In this document: in pieces, positions 1 to 11,006 of the stretch
How the letters are laid out: each line of letters begins with the position of its first letter
Numbering within the stretch: the first letter of the stretch is position 1
Assembly: GCF_000485595.1 (NCBI RefSeq)
Contig: NW_014577067.1
Location: 777,919 to 797,918, forward strand
Source: Priapulus caudatus
Taxonomy: Eukaryota
DNA length: 20,000 nt
Reading direction: 5' to 3'
Made by a program: the position numbers and the translations under genes
Notes under the pieces: generated by a model
Told to the model about the DNA's origin: nothing
Seen by the model: only the letters and a program-made list of their open reading frames with translations
The model's database searches: none

Positions 1-442
1 GGGTTCGCACGTTTACTGTTATCACTGTTTCGGACAGGCGGTGCGAGTTTAGCGTTGGGGACCAGTCTACTTCCTGGCTAGCATTGGTTTATAATTTTAT
101 GACGTAATGGCGATGTCACGTGCCGATGGAAACNNNNNNNNNNNNNNNNNNNNNNNNNNNNNNNNNNNNNNNNNNNNNNNNNNNNNNNNNNNNNNNNNNN
201 NCTAAATATTTTTGTCGTCGAGGTTGTCGCCGGTCGTCGTCGCGTCAGTGTGCAATGGCTCATGGGAAACAATAGTTTCTAATTTTCTGAGAAGTCGTTT
301 GTCGTTACGGTCGGTCGTTGCCGCTGCAGTGTGGCTTGGCCTTTATAGTGACTTACTGGTAATTTTTCATGATGTTTTTTTTTCGTTCTCATTGTTGTTG
401 TCGCAGTATCACATAATAGGAATCGTGATAATGGAATGGATG

Positions 443-1546
443 TTTTTAGCTCATCTGACATAGTCAGATGCAGTTTGTAGAATCGCATGATTGTCCGTGC
501 GTGCGTGCGTGCGTGCGTCCGTGCGTCCGTCCGTCAACAGTTCGGCACAAATCTTAACCGCTCGACGTACGGTCACGATATTCGGGACGTAGGGGGGTAA
601 TCCGTAAACGAGTTGGGATGTCGAAGCTGGTGGTCAAAGGTCAATGGTCAAGAGGTGTATAAGAAGGGGGAACATTCCCTCCTTAACTTAAGGTATAGGG
701 AGGAAATGCAGAATTGCGGCACAAATCTAAACGGCTCGACCTATGCTCTAAATATTCGGTGTATAGTGTGATGGGCAGGAAACCCATCACCAGTGCGAAA
801 TCAGGTCACAGGTCAAAGGGCAGTGGGGGAAAGGTCAGATATCAGACATTTTCTGAGGACATGGCCTAACAGACAGAGTGAAAACTTTTTTGTTTCAGCG
901 CTGACCTACCATTTTTATCACTTTATTGAAAGGACCATGAAATGTGCTTTCCACTGACGTGCGAAGAGTAAGTGTCTGATAACCTTTTGACCCTCAAGAA
1001 GAGGGTTAAACATGGATTCCTGAACTGCCTCAATTATGTCCCAGTGTTCTCATATTCATGGCACATCCATAATCTAGAAAGCCAATATGTCTGGATAGCC
1101 TAACAGGTACAGCACAGGATTACGGCTCAATTCACAGGATTATGGCTTGGATCGAATCCCATCAGATTTTTTATTATATACCTGTTTTCTGTATTTTTCT
1201 ATCTTTATCCATTTAACTATTTTTTTCCAATTAAGGCAAATATTTACATGATTTATTTACAACAATTTAATAACAACAAATAATTTTTACAATTAAATTT
1301 TTTTTAAATACGGTTAGGGTTAGGGTCACAATGCACCACAAAACAGGAGTTTCAGGCACGCGATTTGTATCAACCAATGGGATTTGGGAGGTATGCAGAA
1401 TGCAGAAGGTTGCTGAAATGATGTGTACGCAACTGCGTATCTGCATATCTGCGGCTAACAAATGTGTCACTACGCACGACTGAAATTTTACGTTCATAAC
1501 CGTAGCAACACACCTCAGATGAGCCCAGTCGCTCTGCGGCTCTTGT
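443..1546 (+). mobile_element. DINE-1/HINE-like (Helentron-associated) non-autonomous element
   Basis: T-run start; subterminal IR gctcatctga (449-458) / tcagatgagc (1515-1524); 5' hairpin catctgac-ata-gtcagatg (452-470); (GTGC/GTCC)n microsatellite at 493-534; 3' stem-loop agtcgc-tct-gcggct followed by cttgttt. Confidence 0.75.
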
Positions 1547-2706
1547 TTAATTGGTCATTAGGCAGTTGGAATCACCGCTTGAGTCCATTGGATGTCATTC
1601 ACAAAAGCTACACAGTACTGCGCTTCAACTTCTCATTCTGTGCTTGATGTTGTTTCTCATTCTATCGCAGAATGACGATTTTACCCCCACCGGAAAGACT
1701 GAAGGAATTCTTGGAGCGTCTCAAAGTTTTTCACATTGGTTTCCTGAAACGTTATGAATGAACTTGCCTTATGGGTGGCTGCTGCAGTAAGCAGCCTTAT
1801 GGGTGAACAATTGTGATTGTTGAGATTTTAGAAGGAGCTGTTGTGAAATTCGAATATTGTCATTTTAAGGCTGCATTCTTAGCAAAACCGAATTCGATGT
1901 AACTTTCAATCTATATGAGCATTGATTGTGTACGGAACTGGTTTTGTATGCTTGTTCGTTATATTCAGCTTCGTTATAGTCAGCTACACTTATAACATTG
2001 TTAGCAGACACCTTTCTATAATTGACTCGTGTTAATATAGGACAATATACAAGCTATAGTCGTTTCCCTTTAGTAGCAGTTATGCAAGTTTTACCACGTC
2101 TATAGAATGTACACATGCTGATAGAGGTCGTTTTGATCTGAGTAACTTTTACCTACTAATTACACTGTTTTCTGCATAAACCTATCTCAGTTTGACCTAC
2201 AAGCACTTACCTTACGGAGGCTATTAACATTAAACGTAAAAACACACTAGGTTTGAGACGTACGTGCTCGCGTCTCATTGTGACTATCTCAACGGCACAA
2301 CGCATCTCTTCAAGTTTTTGATGTCTTTTGCCCTTGTTTAGTTGAAACTTTTTTAAAAACAAATCATGGTTGCAACAAGTAGCTACAGCCACATCTGCAA
2401 CATTGCTATGTTATGAATGCAGGTTGCATAGAATATGGTGTGGGGAACGCTTAGCAGTATGTAAGTGCTGCCTTAACAGTCATATGCATATGCCATATAT
2501 AGACCACACTTCGTAGCTCAGGTCAACTACAGTGCCAGGGTGGGTATTGGCCTTTGTGCAATGAAAGTGTAGCTTGATTCGATAGGACCACGATACTTAT
2601 TTGCCTCTCTCGGTATCATTTGTGAGGCTGTGTGATACAAAAGATATACAGCTAATCTGTTACTGCTTGATAAATGTAATTGTTGTAATCGTAAAAATTC
2701 GATTTA

Positions 2707-2852
2707 GAGTCAAACCTGTGTTAGTGGACACCTGAGGGACACTTTTGGAATTTTTACGTGAGTGGCAGCTATAAAGTGAAACCGTCTCTATAGAACGGAC
2801 ACCTGTCTATAAAGGACACTTCTTGGTTGATGCTCATGCACAGGTTTGACTG
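2707..2852. mobile_element. Short Tc1/pogo-like MITE remnant
   Basis: IR agtcaaacctgtg (2708-2720) / cacaggtttgact (2839-2851); internal repeated ggacac motifs; TA target degenerate on the right. Confidence 0.6.
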
Positions 2853-3242
2853 TGTTTTGTAGGCAATTGTAATGACCGGTGGATAGATCTGTTAGTGTGA
2901 AGCTGTAGCATAGTATTACAGCTGTGATCCCCCCCGCGGTTTGTTGGCGTGTGAGAGTTATGCGTGTACATGTGCAGTCACACGTACAGAATGTGCAGAT
3001 ACATTTGTGGTTACTGGTCAGCGTCTCGTACAGGCAATATCTAGATACGGGCAAACGAACTCGTTACTTGTACCGTCGCTTCAGCGTTGCAGTTCAATTT
3101 GCTGCCTTCTAGACTGCTGACCTTTGGCCTCTGATCTCTGGCGCCCGACCAGCGACTGTTGCTCAATATTTAGCAACAGGTTCTGGCTTCGTATTGCCAG
3201 ACCTCAGAACTGCGTAGGACTAATTATTATTCTAGATATTAA

Positions 3243-3829
3243 AGGGACAGTAGCCTCTAGGATTTTACTGCATACAACTGTACTTACTGTATAACAAATC
3301 GTCTATACCCACATGTATTTGTCACCAGATACTTAATTAATTATTTACACATCAACGCTACGAAATTTGAACGGCGCCATGACACCTGCGACCGTGCTGC
3401 CACCCTGAAAAAGTTGCGTATTTGCATTTTTATTTTGCAGGTAAATGACCGAGGGCTAATCACAAAAGTGCAATTATATTTATACCTAAATGCTATTTAA
3501 CCGAACGATATTCATTTTAGGGCAAATTTATCCATATTATAACTGAAACTATATGTCGTTTATAAGATATTACAATCCTTTTGCTTTTAAATGAATAAGT
3601 AAGAAATACCCTCGGTCTGTAGCCCTTGGCTGGAAAGTGGTTTTGCGCAACTTCTCAGATCGTGCGCTTTGAGTGGCGCCACCGTCGTTGTAATCAAACT
3701 GTAGTCGTTGGTTTTAAAACATTTTTTAAAAATATTTCTAATGATGATTGAACCATGAAACTTTTATGTAGCGCAATTATAACCTAAATTAGCTGAAAAT
3801 AACCCTAGAACCTAGAGGCTACTGTTCCT
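3243..3829. mobile_element. Kolobok-like non-autonomous DNA transposon, 587 bp
   Basis: TTAA on both sides (3239-3242, 3830-3833); TIR agggacagtagcctctagg / cctagaggctactgttcct with 1 mismatch; AG...CT (RR...YY) ends fit Kolobok rather than piggyBac. Confidence 0.8.
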
Positions 3830-4366
3830 TTAATTATTATCATTAGGAGCAAGATGACGAGCGATTCGTATAAGGGACAGATTAAAGGATTATATGTAAG
3901 GATTACAGATGTAAGGGTTACATGGGATATTAGTTAATTGTATCCCTTGTTATATTACTCCCGATGTTTTGCACCTCACGACGTGTGCGTTGTTACCGAC
4001 TGTGTTAAATCTAGATGTAATTAGATTTATGTGGCAAAATAAAAAATCTGAACATTATATCGGTGATGTTACGATTACGTTTCAGTCTATCATTCTGTAT
4101 CGAGCCATTAGAGGCGCACTGTGACTGCATGTCAAGTTTCTCCGCAGGTCAGGTCCGACGTGCCTTCAAAGCTGAATCTACTTTGCGACATCTCATGAAT
4201 CCTCCGGTATGCATTAGTTGCCTAATCGATACGCATTGATTTCCATCTGTATTTAAGTTTGACAATTCTAACACAGCCATGGTGTTTTCACAGTATTGGA
4301 GACTATCGACTCTACCGCGTATTTTGACACGCGTAGCTCAATCAAATTAGCGATCGGAGTTGAATT

Positions 4367-4497
4367 GTGTGCGCGCGTGCGTGTGCGTGTGCGTGTGCGT
4401 GTGCGTGTGCGCGCGTGTGTGCGTGTGCGTGTGCGTGTGCGTTTTTGTGTATATGTGTGTGCGCGCGCTTGTACGTGTGTGCGTGCATGCATGTGTG
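4367..4497. repeat. (GTGCGT)n/(GT)n microsatellite
   Basis: Seen directly. Confidence 0.95.
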
Positions 4498-4620
4498 TTC
4501 ATGGCATTGTATATTTTGTATATTGTATAGATATGTTTATGACGTGGTGTATATTCACGTGTTTACTATTGCTGTAAAAACCTTGAAGGAACGCATCCAA
4601 TAAAGTTGCTACCGTTCAAA

Positions 4621-4626
4621 TTTATT
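4621..4626 (-). terminator. Candidate polyadenylation signal of gene A
   Basis: AATAAA on minus (plus tttatt) about 365 nt after the stop, in AT-rich sequence. Confidence 0.45.
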
Positions 4627-4990
4627 ATACAAATAATTGCATGGTAACAGTAGACGAAGAGACAATTATATTAAAAGTACTATTGTGTAGTGAGCTGAAT
4701 CATTATTATTCTAAAATCTTTATAAATGCAATAGAAATAAACGAAACGCCATATAAACAAATCGTGTGATACCACAGTAATATTAGGGAATTATTTCACT
4801 CCCTTTACGCGTGATACAAAAAAGTACATTCATACCCGTTTTCTCGTGGAAGCTAAAATATATATACCATCTGTATTCTCATTCGCGTGATCGTTTATCT
4901 CGTTATTCTCATGTAAAGTGAATTTCTACAGTAAACTGTGGTCGTAATTTTATCGACACTCACGACATTCACACAATCACTATCACTACC

Positions 4991-6406
4991 CTAATAGCTG
5001 GATCTGCCGCTCCGACTGTGGGGCCTATATCTGTAATTCGAAGAAGGCGTGCTATATCTATTATAGTAATTCCTGCTGCGGTAGCCGTTACCGTAGCGCG
5101 ATCTACCGGAGGAGCCATGTCGATAACTATGGTAAGGTCTTTTGCCGTGTTTGGGGCTTCTGCTGCCGTAGTTGCGTCTGTAATTGTAGTAGCTGGGGCT
5201 TCTGCTGCCGTAATTGCGTCTGTAGTTGTAGTAGCTGGGGCTTCTGCTGTAGCCACTCACGTTCCTGTACCGACCCGTGCTATATACGGGGTATACTCGC
5301 CTGCTGTTGTAACCCTTGCCGCCACGACTGCGAGCAACCACGACGACGTACCTTCCCCTTCCACTTCCTCTTCCTCTTCCTCTCCCTCTCCCTTTACCAT
5401 GGGCACCATCATGTGGATCTATGACTCCATGGTCATCTTTGTGTGGATCTATGACTCCGTGATCATCGGTGTGTGGATCAATGACTCCGTGGTCATCAAC
5501 CCGTTCATCAAATCTTCCTCCTACAGGAAGTCTATCCCTGTCATCGTCAAATCTTCCTCCTACAGGAAGTCTATCCCTGTCATTGTCAAATCTTCCTCCT
5601 ACAGGAAGTCTATCCCTGTTATCGTCAAATCTTCCTCCTACAGGAAGTCTATCCCTGTCATCGTCAAATCTTCCCCCTACAGGAAGTCTATCCCTGTCAT
5701 CATCAAATCCTGTCCCTACAGGAAGTCTATCCCTGCCATCGTCAAATCCTCCCCCTACAGGAAGTCTATCCCTGCCATCGTCAAATCTACCCTGATTTCC
5801 TGGATTAAAGCCACCGACAGCTGGTGGACTTTGACCGAACTCTCTTCCCACAAATGGACTACTGTTGTCAATACCCACGATGACTCCGCCCCCTCGCCCT
5901 TCAAATCCTCCTCCCTGCCCTTGCTGATCGACGCGACCAACAAATCTACCTGCTAGTGGTCCATCCCTCCGGTCATCGAAGCCACCGATGGGTGGTCGAA
6001 TATCGTCGACTGACCCATCGACCCGCCTACCGAATCTCCCGTCATCAAAATCTTCCGGGTTTCTTGGGTCAAACCCGCCGACGGCTGGCGGACCTTTACC
6101 GAAGTCTCTTCCTACGAACGCACTACTGCTGTCAATGCCCCGGATGACTCCGCCGCCTCCTCGGTCGTCAAATCTTCCCGCTTGCAGCTTCCCGTCGCCG
6201 TGGTCGTCAAACCCTGCTCCCGGCGCATGCGTGTCTACTGGTAAATCGTGCACGTCGCCGCCTCGATCGACGACGTGTGGGCCGACGTCATCTACTGATG
6301 CGTGAATGACGATAGGTTTGCCCTGCGCAGATGGGTATCTGGATGCGTAGGCACCCCTGCCGTAGTCGACTTTGCTTCCACTCTGCGCATGTGCCGCGGT
6401 CAGCAA
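4991..6406 (-). CDS. Gene A, last coding exon: secreted repetitive Gly/Asp/Arg/Tyr-rich protein (spliced product 482 aa)
   Basis: 1416-nt open frame ending TAG at 4993-4991. Begins immediately after acceptor ttctacccccgcAG (AG at 6408-6407). Internal repeats are multiples of 3 (39, 30, 42 nt). LLTAAHA completes the signal peptide begun in exon 7305-7337; the ORF-track 'M' at 6406 is TTG (Leu). Confidence 0.9.
   Translation of the reverse strand: MLTAAHAQSGSKVDYGRGAYASRYPSAQGKPIVIHASVDDVGPHVVDRGGDVHDLPVDTHAPGAGFDDHGDGKLQAGRFDDRGGGGVIRGIDSSSAFVGRDFGKGPPAVGGFDPRNPEDFDDGRFGRRVDGSVDDIRPPIGGFDDRRDGPLAGRFVGRVDQQGQGGGFEGRGGGVIVGIDNSSPFVGREFGQSPPAVGGFNPGNQGRFDDGRDRLPVGGGFDDGRDRLPVGTGFDDDRDRLPVGGRFDDDRDRLPVGGRFDDNRDRLPVGGRFDNDRDRLPVGGRFDDDRDRLPVGGRFDERVDDHGVIDPHTDDHGVIDPHKDDHGVIDPHDGAHGKGRGRGRGRGSGRGRYVVVVARSRGGKGYNSRRVYPVYSTGRYRNVSGYSRSPSYYNYRRNYGSRSPSYYNYRRNYGSRSPKHGKRPYHSYRHGSSGRSRYGNGYRSRNYYNRYSTPSSNYRYRPHSRSGRSSY
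5152..5249 (-). repeat. Coding 42-nt repeat, about 2.3 copies (SRSPSYYNYRRNYG)
   Basis: tggggcttctgctg recurs at 5152, 5194 and 5236. Confidence 0.9.
5411..5497 (-). repeat. Coding 30-nt repeat, 3 copies (DDHGVIDPHx)
   Basis: tgtggatc(t/a)atgactcc(g/a)tg(g/a)tcatc three times. Confidence 0.9.
5508..5790 (-). repeat. Coding 39-nt tandem repeat, 7 copies (GGRFDDDRDRLPV)
   Basis: Plus-strand unit tcaaatcttcctcctacaggaagtctatccctgtcatcg, near-identical copies. Confidence 0.95.
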
Positions 6407-6773
6407 CTGCGGGGGTAGAATTTAAGACAAGATTAGTTTTACGACGCGAACATCAGCAGCGTGCGGGCGGTTACAACGAACGGGTTCAGCTTAGGTTTTT
6501 TTCAACAGGTTAAGGCAGTTCGTTACGTTTCAGGGACTTACGTTTCAGGCACTTACTCAGGCACTTACTCAGACCTTACGTTTCAGGCACTAAGTGGAAG
6601 TGGATGAAATAACCACATACACTTTAAAAACGGTTAATTTTTTCAAAGTAAATGAGAGTGATGAAATATAAAGGTTGAGCCGTTGTAAAATTACAATAAC
6701 TAACTTATAACACATGCGCACGAAAGCGTTACCCGTATGTACAACATAACATGACCCGTATATAACGTATCTC

Positions 6774-7278
6774 AACGTAATGTAACGTAACGCAACGTAA
6801 CGTAACTTGAATTAACATAATGTTAGTTAGCGTTACGTAACGCAACGTAACGTAAGTTAACATATTCTAAAGCAACGCACTCGTAACGTAACGCTACGCA
6901 ACGTAATGTAACGTGGCGTAACGTACTATAGTCCACGGAACGTAACGAAAGTTAACGTAACATAATGCATGTAACACAACGTCACGCAAAGTAATGTAAC
7001 ACAACGTGGCGTAGCGTACTATAGTCCACGTAACGTAACGAAAGTTAACGTAACATAACGCATGTAACGCAACGTCACGTAAAGTAATGTAACAACAGCG
7101 TGGCGTAACGTAACCTAAATTAACGTAACGCAACGTTAATAATGTATAGCATATCATAACGTAATATAACGTAATTTAACGTAATGTAACATAATTTAAC
7201 GTAACGTAACGTAGTTATAACAGTAGCGACAAAGCTGTCATAACGTAATTTACGGTAACTTAACATACACGTAACGTA
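6774..7278. repeat. Degenerate (AACGT)n pentamer repeat in intron 2 of gene A
   Basis: aacgt/aacgc/aacat units, with a higher-order duplication (cgtactatagtccacg near 6922 and 7015). Confidence 0.9.
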
Positions 7279-7304
7279 GTTCGTGTATGTTTAAAAGCAC
7301 TTAC

Positions 7305-7337
7305 AGCGACAAAGCAGATCCACCCAGCGATCTGCAT
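7305..7337 (-). CDS. Gene A, first coding exon (MQIAGWICFVA); whole exon 7379..7305
   Basis: ATG at 7337, 11 codons, then donor GTAAGT from 7304. Acceptor tttgatgttgcAG at 7381-7380. Phase-0 join gives MQIAGWICFVALLTAAHA|QSG, a signal peptide with an A-x-A cleavage motif. Confidence 0.85.
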
Positions 7338-7887
7338 TCTGATAGTACGTATACAGGCAGTCTTGCAACAACAAAAGCGCTGCAACATCAAACACACACT
7401 ATATAGAAATCACGCGTGAAGTGATAGCGTGTAATAGTAGAACAATCTAAAGCCTGTTTGGGCAATGTCACTCATGCAGAAACTAAATCAAACAAAATAC
7501 TGAAATTGAGAAATAATGTAAAAGTTGTGTATAATGAAATTCATGCGAAACCTACAAATAATGCAGCTAATATTGAAAATAATGACTAAAAAAGAATTTT
7601 TGATGACCGAATTTACCAAAGAACACATTGGATGATAATCGAAATTTTTACGGTTAACCGAAAAAAAAATCCTTTGCAAAAACTACGCGTTACTCTAAAT
7701 TTTCAAATTAAGAAGCACACTGACAAAGGATCATGATATACGTTTATAATATATATTATACTCATATTATATATATATCTTATATATATATATATATATA
7801 TCATGTCCTGTGATACTGATTGGGATCCTTCTATCTGTTGTTTGTGTCTTTGACTGCAGGTTTCACCGATTGTCTAACTTTACTTAC

Positions 7888-7965
7888 CAGACTATGCTCT
7901 AAGAACTCTGCGCTTCCTTTCGCGTCGCCGTTTTCCGCCTCTCACCGCTATGACTGCCGGGTTTA
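7888..7965 (-). other. Gene A putative non-coding exon 1 (TSS approximate)
   Basis: Donor CTG|GTAAGT at 7887, about 100 nt downstream of TATAAA at 7995-7990; same layout as gene B. Confidence 0.65.
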
Positions 7966-7989
7966 CGCTTGTTACGCGCTTTCCGCTTC

Positions 7990-8058
7990 TTTATAATAAC
8001 GCAGTCCAGCGGAGAGAAATAGCTGGATGCGTTGGCGTACAAATAGCCAAGTCACGAT
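7990..8058 (-). promoter_or_regulatory. Gene A promoter: TATA box plus motifs shared with gene B
   Basis: Minus strand reads ATCGTGAC (8058-8051), CGCCAACGCA (8037-8028), GGACTGCG (8007-8000), TATAAA (7995-7990). Confidence 0.7.
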
Positions 8059-8619
8059 TCACCTGTACGGGCCGAGATGTCCGCAACTGATGTTCCTAAT
8101 GTAGCCTTGATGATGGTTACTCAAGCGCGCATTTTCCATGGCCTTCGGGTCACAGGCGTGTTGTGTTGGAGCATAACTCGCCGTGGGCTCAACTGTCAAG
8201 GCCGTCTCGAAGATTGTCTCTTTGTTGACAGCGCAGACTGGGTTTGTTAAGGGTCCTGAGAGACGCACTGCCCTACTTTACAAATCGTGTGTAATTTCAC
8301 GAGTGGCCGAATGCAAATACAATCGGGTGCTTATGTCGGGAGCAATGTCGTTCCGATCATGGTAAATGTAATCACTGAGCTCGCAAGCAAAGCCAAGGTT
8401 CGGGTCCAGCGTGAATTAAGCCTGACTCATGGGTACCATCGCGTACTCAGAACACAAACAGAGCTGCTATTTGTAGAAAATGAAAAGTGATGTGTGTGTT
8501 GTGAGAAGTGGCTACGAAAAGCCGGACTAGCAGTAGCAACCCCGCCATTTTGACACAATATATACATGACGTATGCAATCAGCACACTTAAATACATTGT
8601 AAAAAATACATCTCGTCAC

Positions 8620-8730
8620 AATAGACATCAATACAATCGATGCAATACAATACAATTAATACAATATAATACAATCGATACAATATAATACAATCGATAC
8701 ACTCGGTTCAATCTAAAACACAATACAATC
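8620..8730. repeat. Degenerate (CAATA)n microsatellite
   Basis: Seen directly. Confidence 0.85.
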
Positions 8731-10273
8731 TCGTCTTGTTAGGCCTACAATGTGCATGAAATCGAAACCTCATTCTTTGAATTTGCTTGCGATTAACCGA
8801 CTTGGTGTAGCTGATGCATTCCGTGTAACAAGTCGTGATGTGTCCCCGTCACAAGATAACATTTTCTAACATTTATTGTGGATCTCAGGGAAGACATACT
8901 CCTTACATTTGTTGTAGATATTACCTTGCCCTATAAGTTCCTTGCTACTTAAATTTCTCGCAGCTTTTAAAGATGGCATGCTACTTAAACCGTGTTATAG
9001 ATGTTATAGCTGCCATGCTACTAACATGTTTTTTTTTTAGATTTTATCGACAATGGCGCGCGGAATATCCCGCTAGCATCTAGACGTGTTGGGATAACAT
9101 CGGTGAGGAACAATTTCGTGAAGACAATGATTACTTTGATAGAGCCGACTCGCACCTATTCTCACAAACACACGCGCGATGATCGACGTGATTAGTTACT
9201 GCGTGTCGTGACGAATGGAGTAAGTGTCACTGTTCGCGCTCGGTGACCTTGAGCTTGCGAGTGCGCGTACCAGCAGGTGCTGCGCGAGAGAGAGCACGAG
9301 TGTTCATGATGACGACGTACGCAATCCGGATACGAATCCAGCAGAGGTCGTCTCTCACTCTCGCTTCACGAGTTATTTGTATTCAGGATTACGATGAAGT
9401 GAGCAGATTTACCTCATCGCGGCGCTCTCTGCTGCTACCGACGTACGTAGCCGTGGTTTGATCATGGGACCTGGGCGGTTATAGTGTAGCGCGATAAATT
9501 GGAGTGTGGCCAAATTCGACGCCGTAGTGACGGCTGACTCTTGAAATCGCGATCGAAGTTATCGGTCGTTAGTTAACACACGAATTCGTAAACCAAATTA
9601 AGCCTGTTAGCACGTAAACTATTAAATCGCGCTATTTCTAGATTTATAACACCTCTCAGCCCTGCAGCGGCTTGCTGTCACCTATGTCGCATTCAACGGC
9701 TAGCATGCTTTCTTATGTTTGTCAGGCTATAGGCCTATACGTCATCGTCGTCCATCTCTCTACCCTGAACTTGTTTGTCCTGTCCCTGCCTGCGTATATT
9801 CACGCGTCCTAGCTCCCAGCCATTCGCGCAAGCCGTGTTTCTAGATGGCAGAATATTATTTATTCCAAAGATTAATCACAAAACTAAACAAACGATATAC
9901 TAGTTAAACTGCGATTAATGATTTTCATATTCGCCGACAGACTGGTTCTCCCACATGCATCTTAAATGCATGCAGTTATCAAGTCATTCGCTCATGTTGT
10001 GACAGACCATGCACGCTGTCGTTTTCGAAATAATACGTCACTGTGAATTCCGAAGGAATAAAAAAAAGACGATGACAGTCTTTAATAACGTAATTAAAGT
10101 ATTTCGTAGGATATAGTATAATAATAACGGTATTATAATCTTCCTCCTCGTAACATGTAATATGTAATAAATAAGGGGCGTAGCTAGAGGGGGGGGGGCA
10201 AGGGCAGTTAACCCCCGCAAAGAAATGTACATATATTACATGGTCAATGGCGGTCACGTCCACAAATCACACC

Positions 10274-10331
10274 CATAGAACTAGAATAGAAGTAGAATAG
10301 AGTAGAATAGAACTTTTATTCTAGTTCTATG
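10274..10331. mobile_element. 58-bp MITE with 8-bp TSD (P/hAT-like)
   Basis: TIR catagaactagaata / tattctagttctatg; direct repeat atcacacc at 10266-10273 and 10332-10339. Confidence 0.8.
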
Positions 10332-10635
10332 ATCACACCACGGACGTGGCTTTGTCTTTCCCCGGGCAAAAAGGGGTAGCCTCGCTCTTCTAGATGTCTA
10401 ACCTAAATGTACTTGGTATGCACTATACATTTGTATTGCCTTGGTCATAAACATGCGCAGTGAGAATTTATTCATAACTAGTACTGTATTGTTGAGGCTA
10501 CCATGGCATAGCAGAGTGGAAATAGTAACTATTTCACTTGGCTATAGACCATTCTTAATTAGTATTCATGACCTGGGGTCACGCACGAAAACGAGGCTAA
10601 GCTAGGCAATNNNNNNNNNNNNNNNNNNNNNNNNN

Positions 10636-11006
10636 AGCACGACGAACACGCAGATACACGCAAGTACACGCACGTACACGCGGGTACACGCACGTACACG
10701 CAGGTACAAGCACGACGAACACGCAGATACACGCAAGTACACGCACGTACACGCGGGTACACGCACGTGCACGAACGTGCACGCGGGTACACGCACGTAC
10801 ACGCGGGCACACGCACGTACACGTTGGTACACGCACGTGCACGCATACATGTGCATGTACCTGCGTGTACGTGTGTGTACCCGCGTGTACGTGCGTGTAT
10901 CTCCGTGTACCCGCGTGTACGTGCGTGTATCTGCGTGTACGTGTACGTGCGTGTATCTGCGTGTATCTGCGTGTACATGCGTATACCCGCGTGCACGTGC
11001 GTGTAT
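10636..11006. repeat. Inverted (fold-back) GTACACGCAC-type minisatellite
   Basis: Left arm gtacacgcac units, right arm gtgcgtgtac units, orientation switch near 10850; adjacent to an N gap. Confidence 0.85.

Noticed and set aside
4268..4603. ORFs over the (GTGCGT)n tract
   Set aside because: Microsatellite translation artefacts.
5508..5790. Neuropeptide (RFamide) precursor or CRISPR reading of the 39-nt repeats
   Set aside because: GRF is followed by DD, not G-K/R, and there are no dibasic flanks; repeats are contiguous without unique spacers, in eukaryotic DNA.
5018..6305. Plus-strand ORFs (312, 108, 105, 63 aa) and alternative-frame minus ORFs overlapping gene A
   Set aside because: Shadows of a repetitive in-frame CDS; no splice, promoter or signal-peptide support.
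10174..10217. aggggcgtagctag plus G-run resembling a hAT-type terminus
   Set aside because: No matching opposite end or TSD found.
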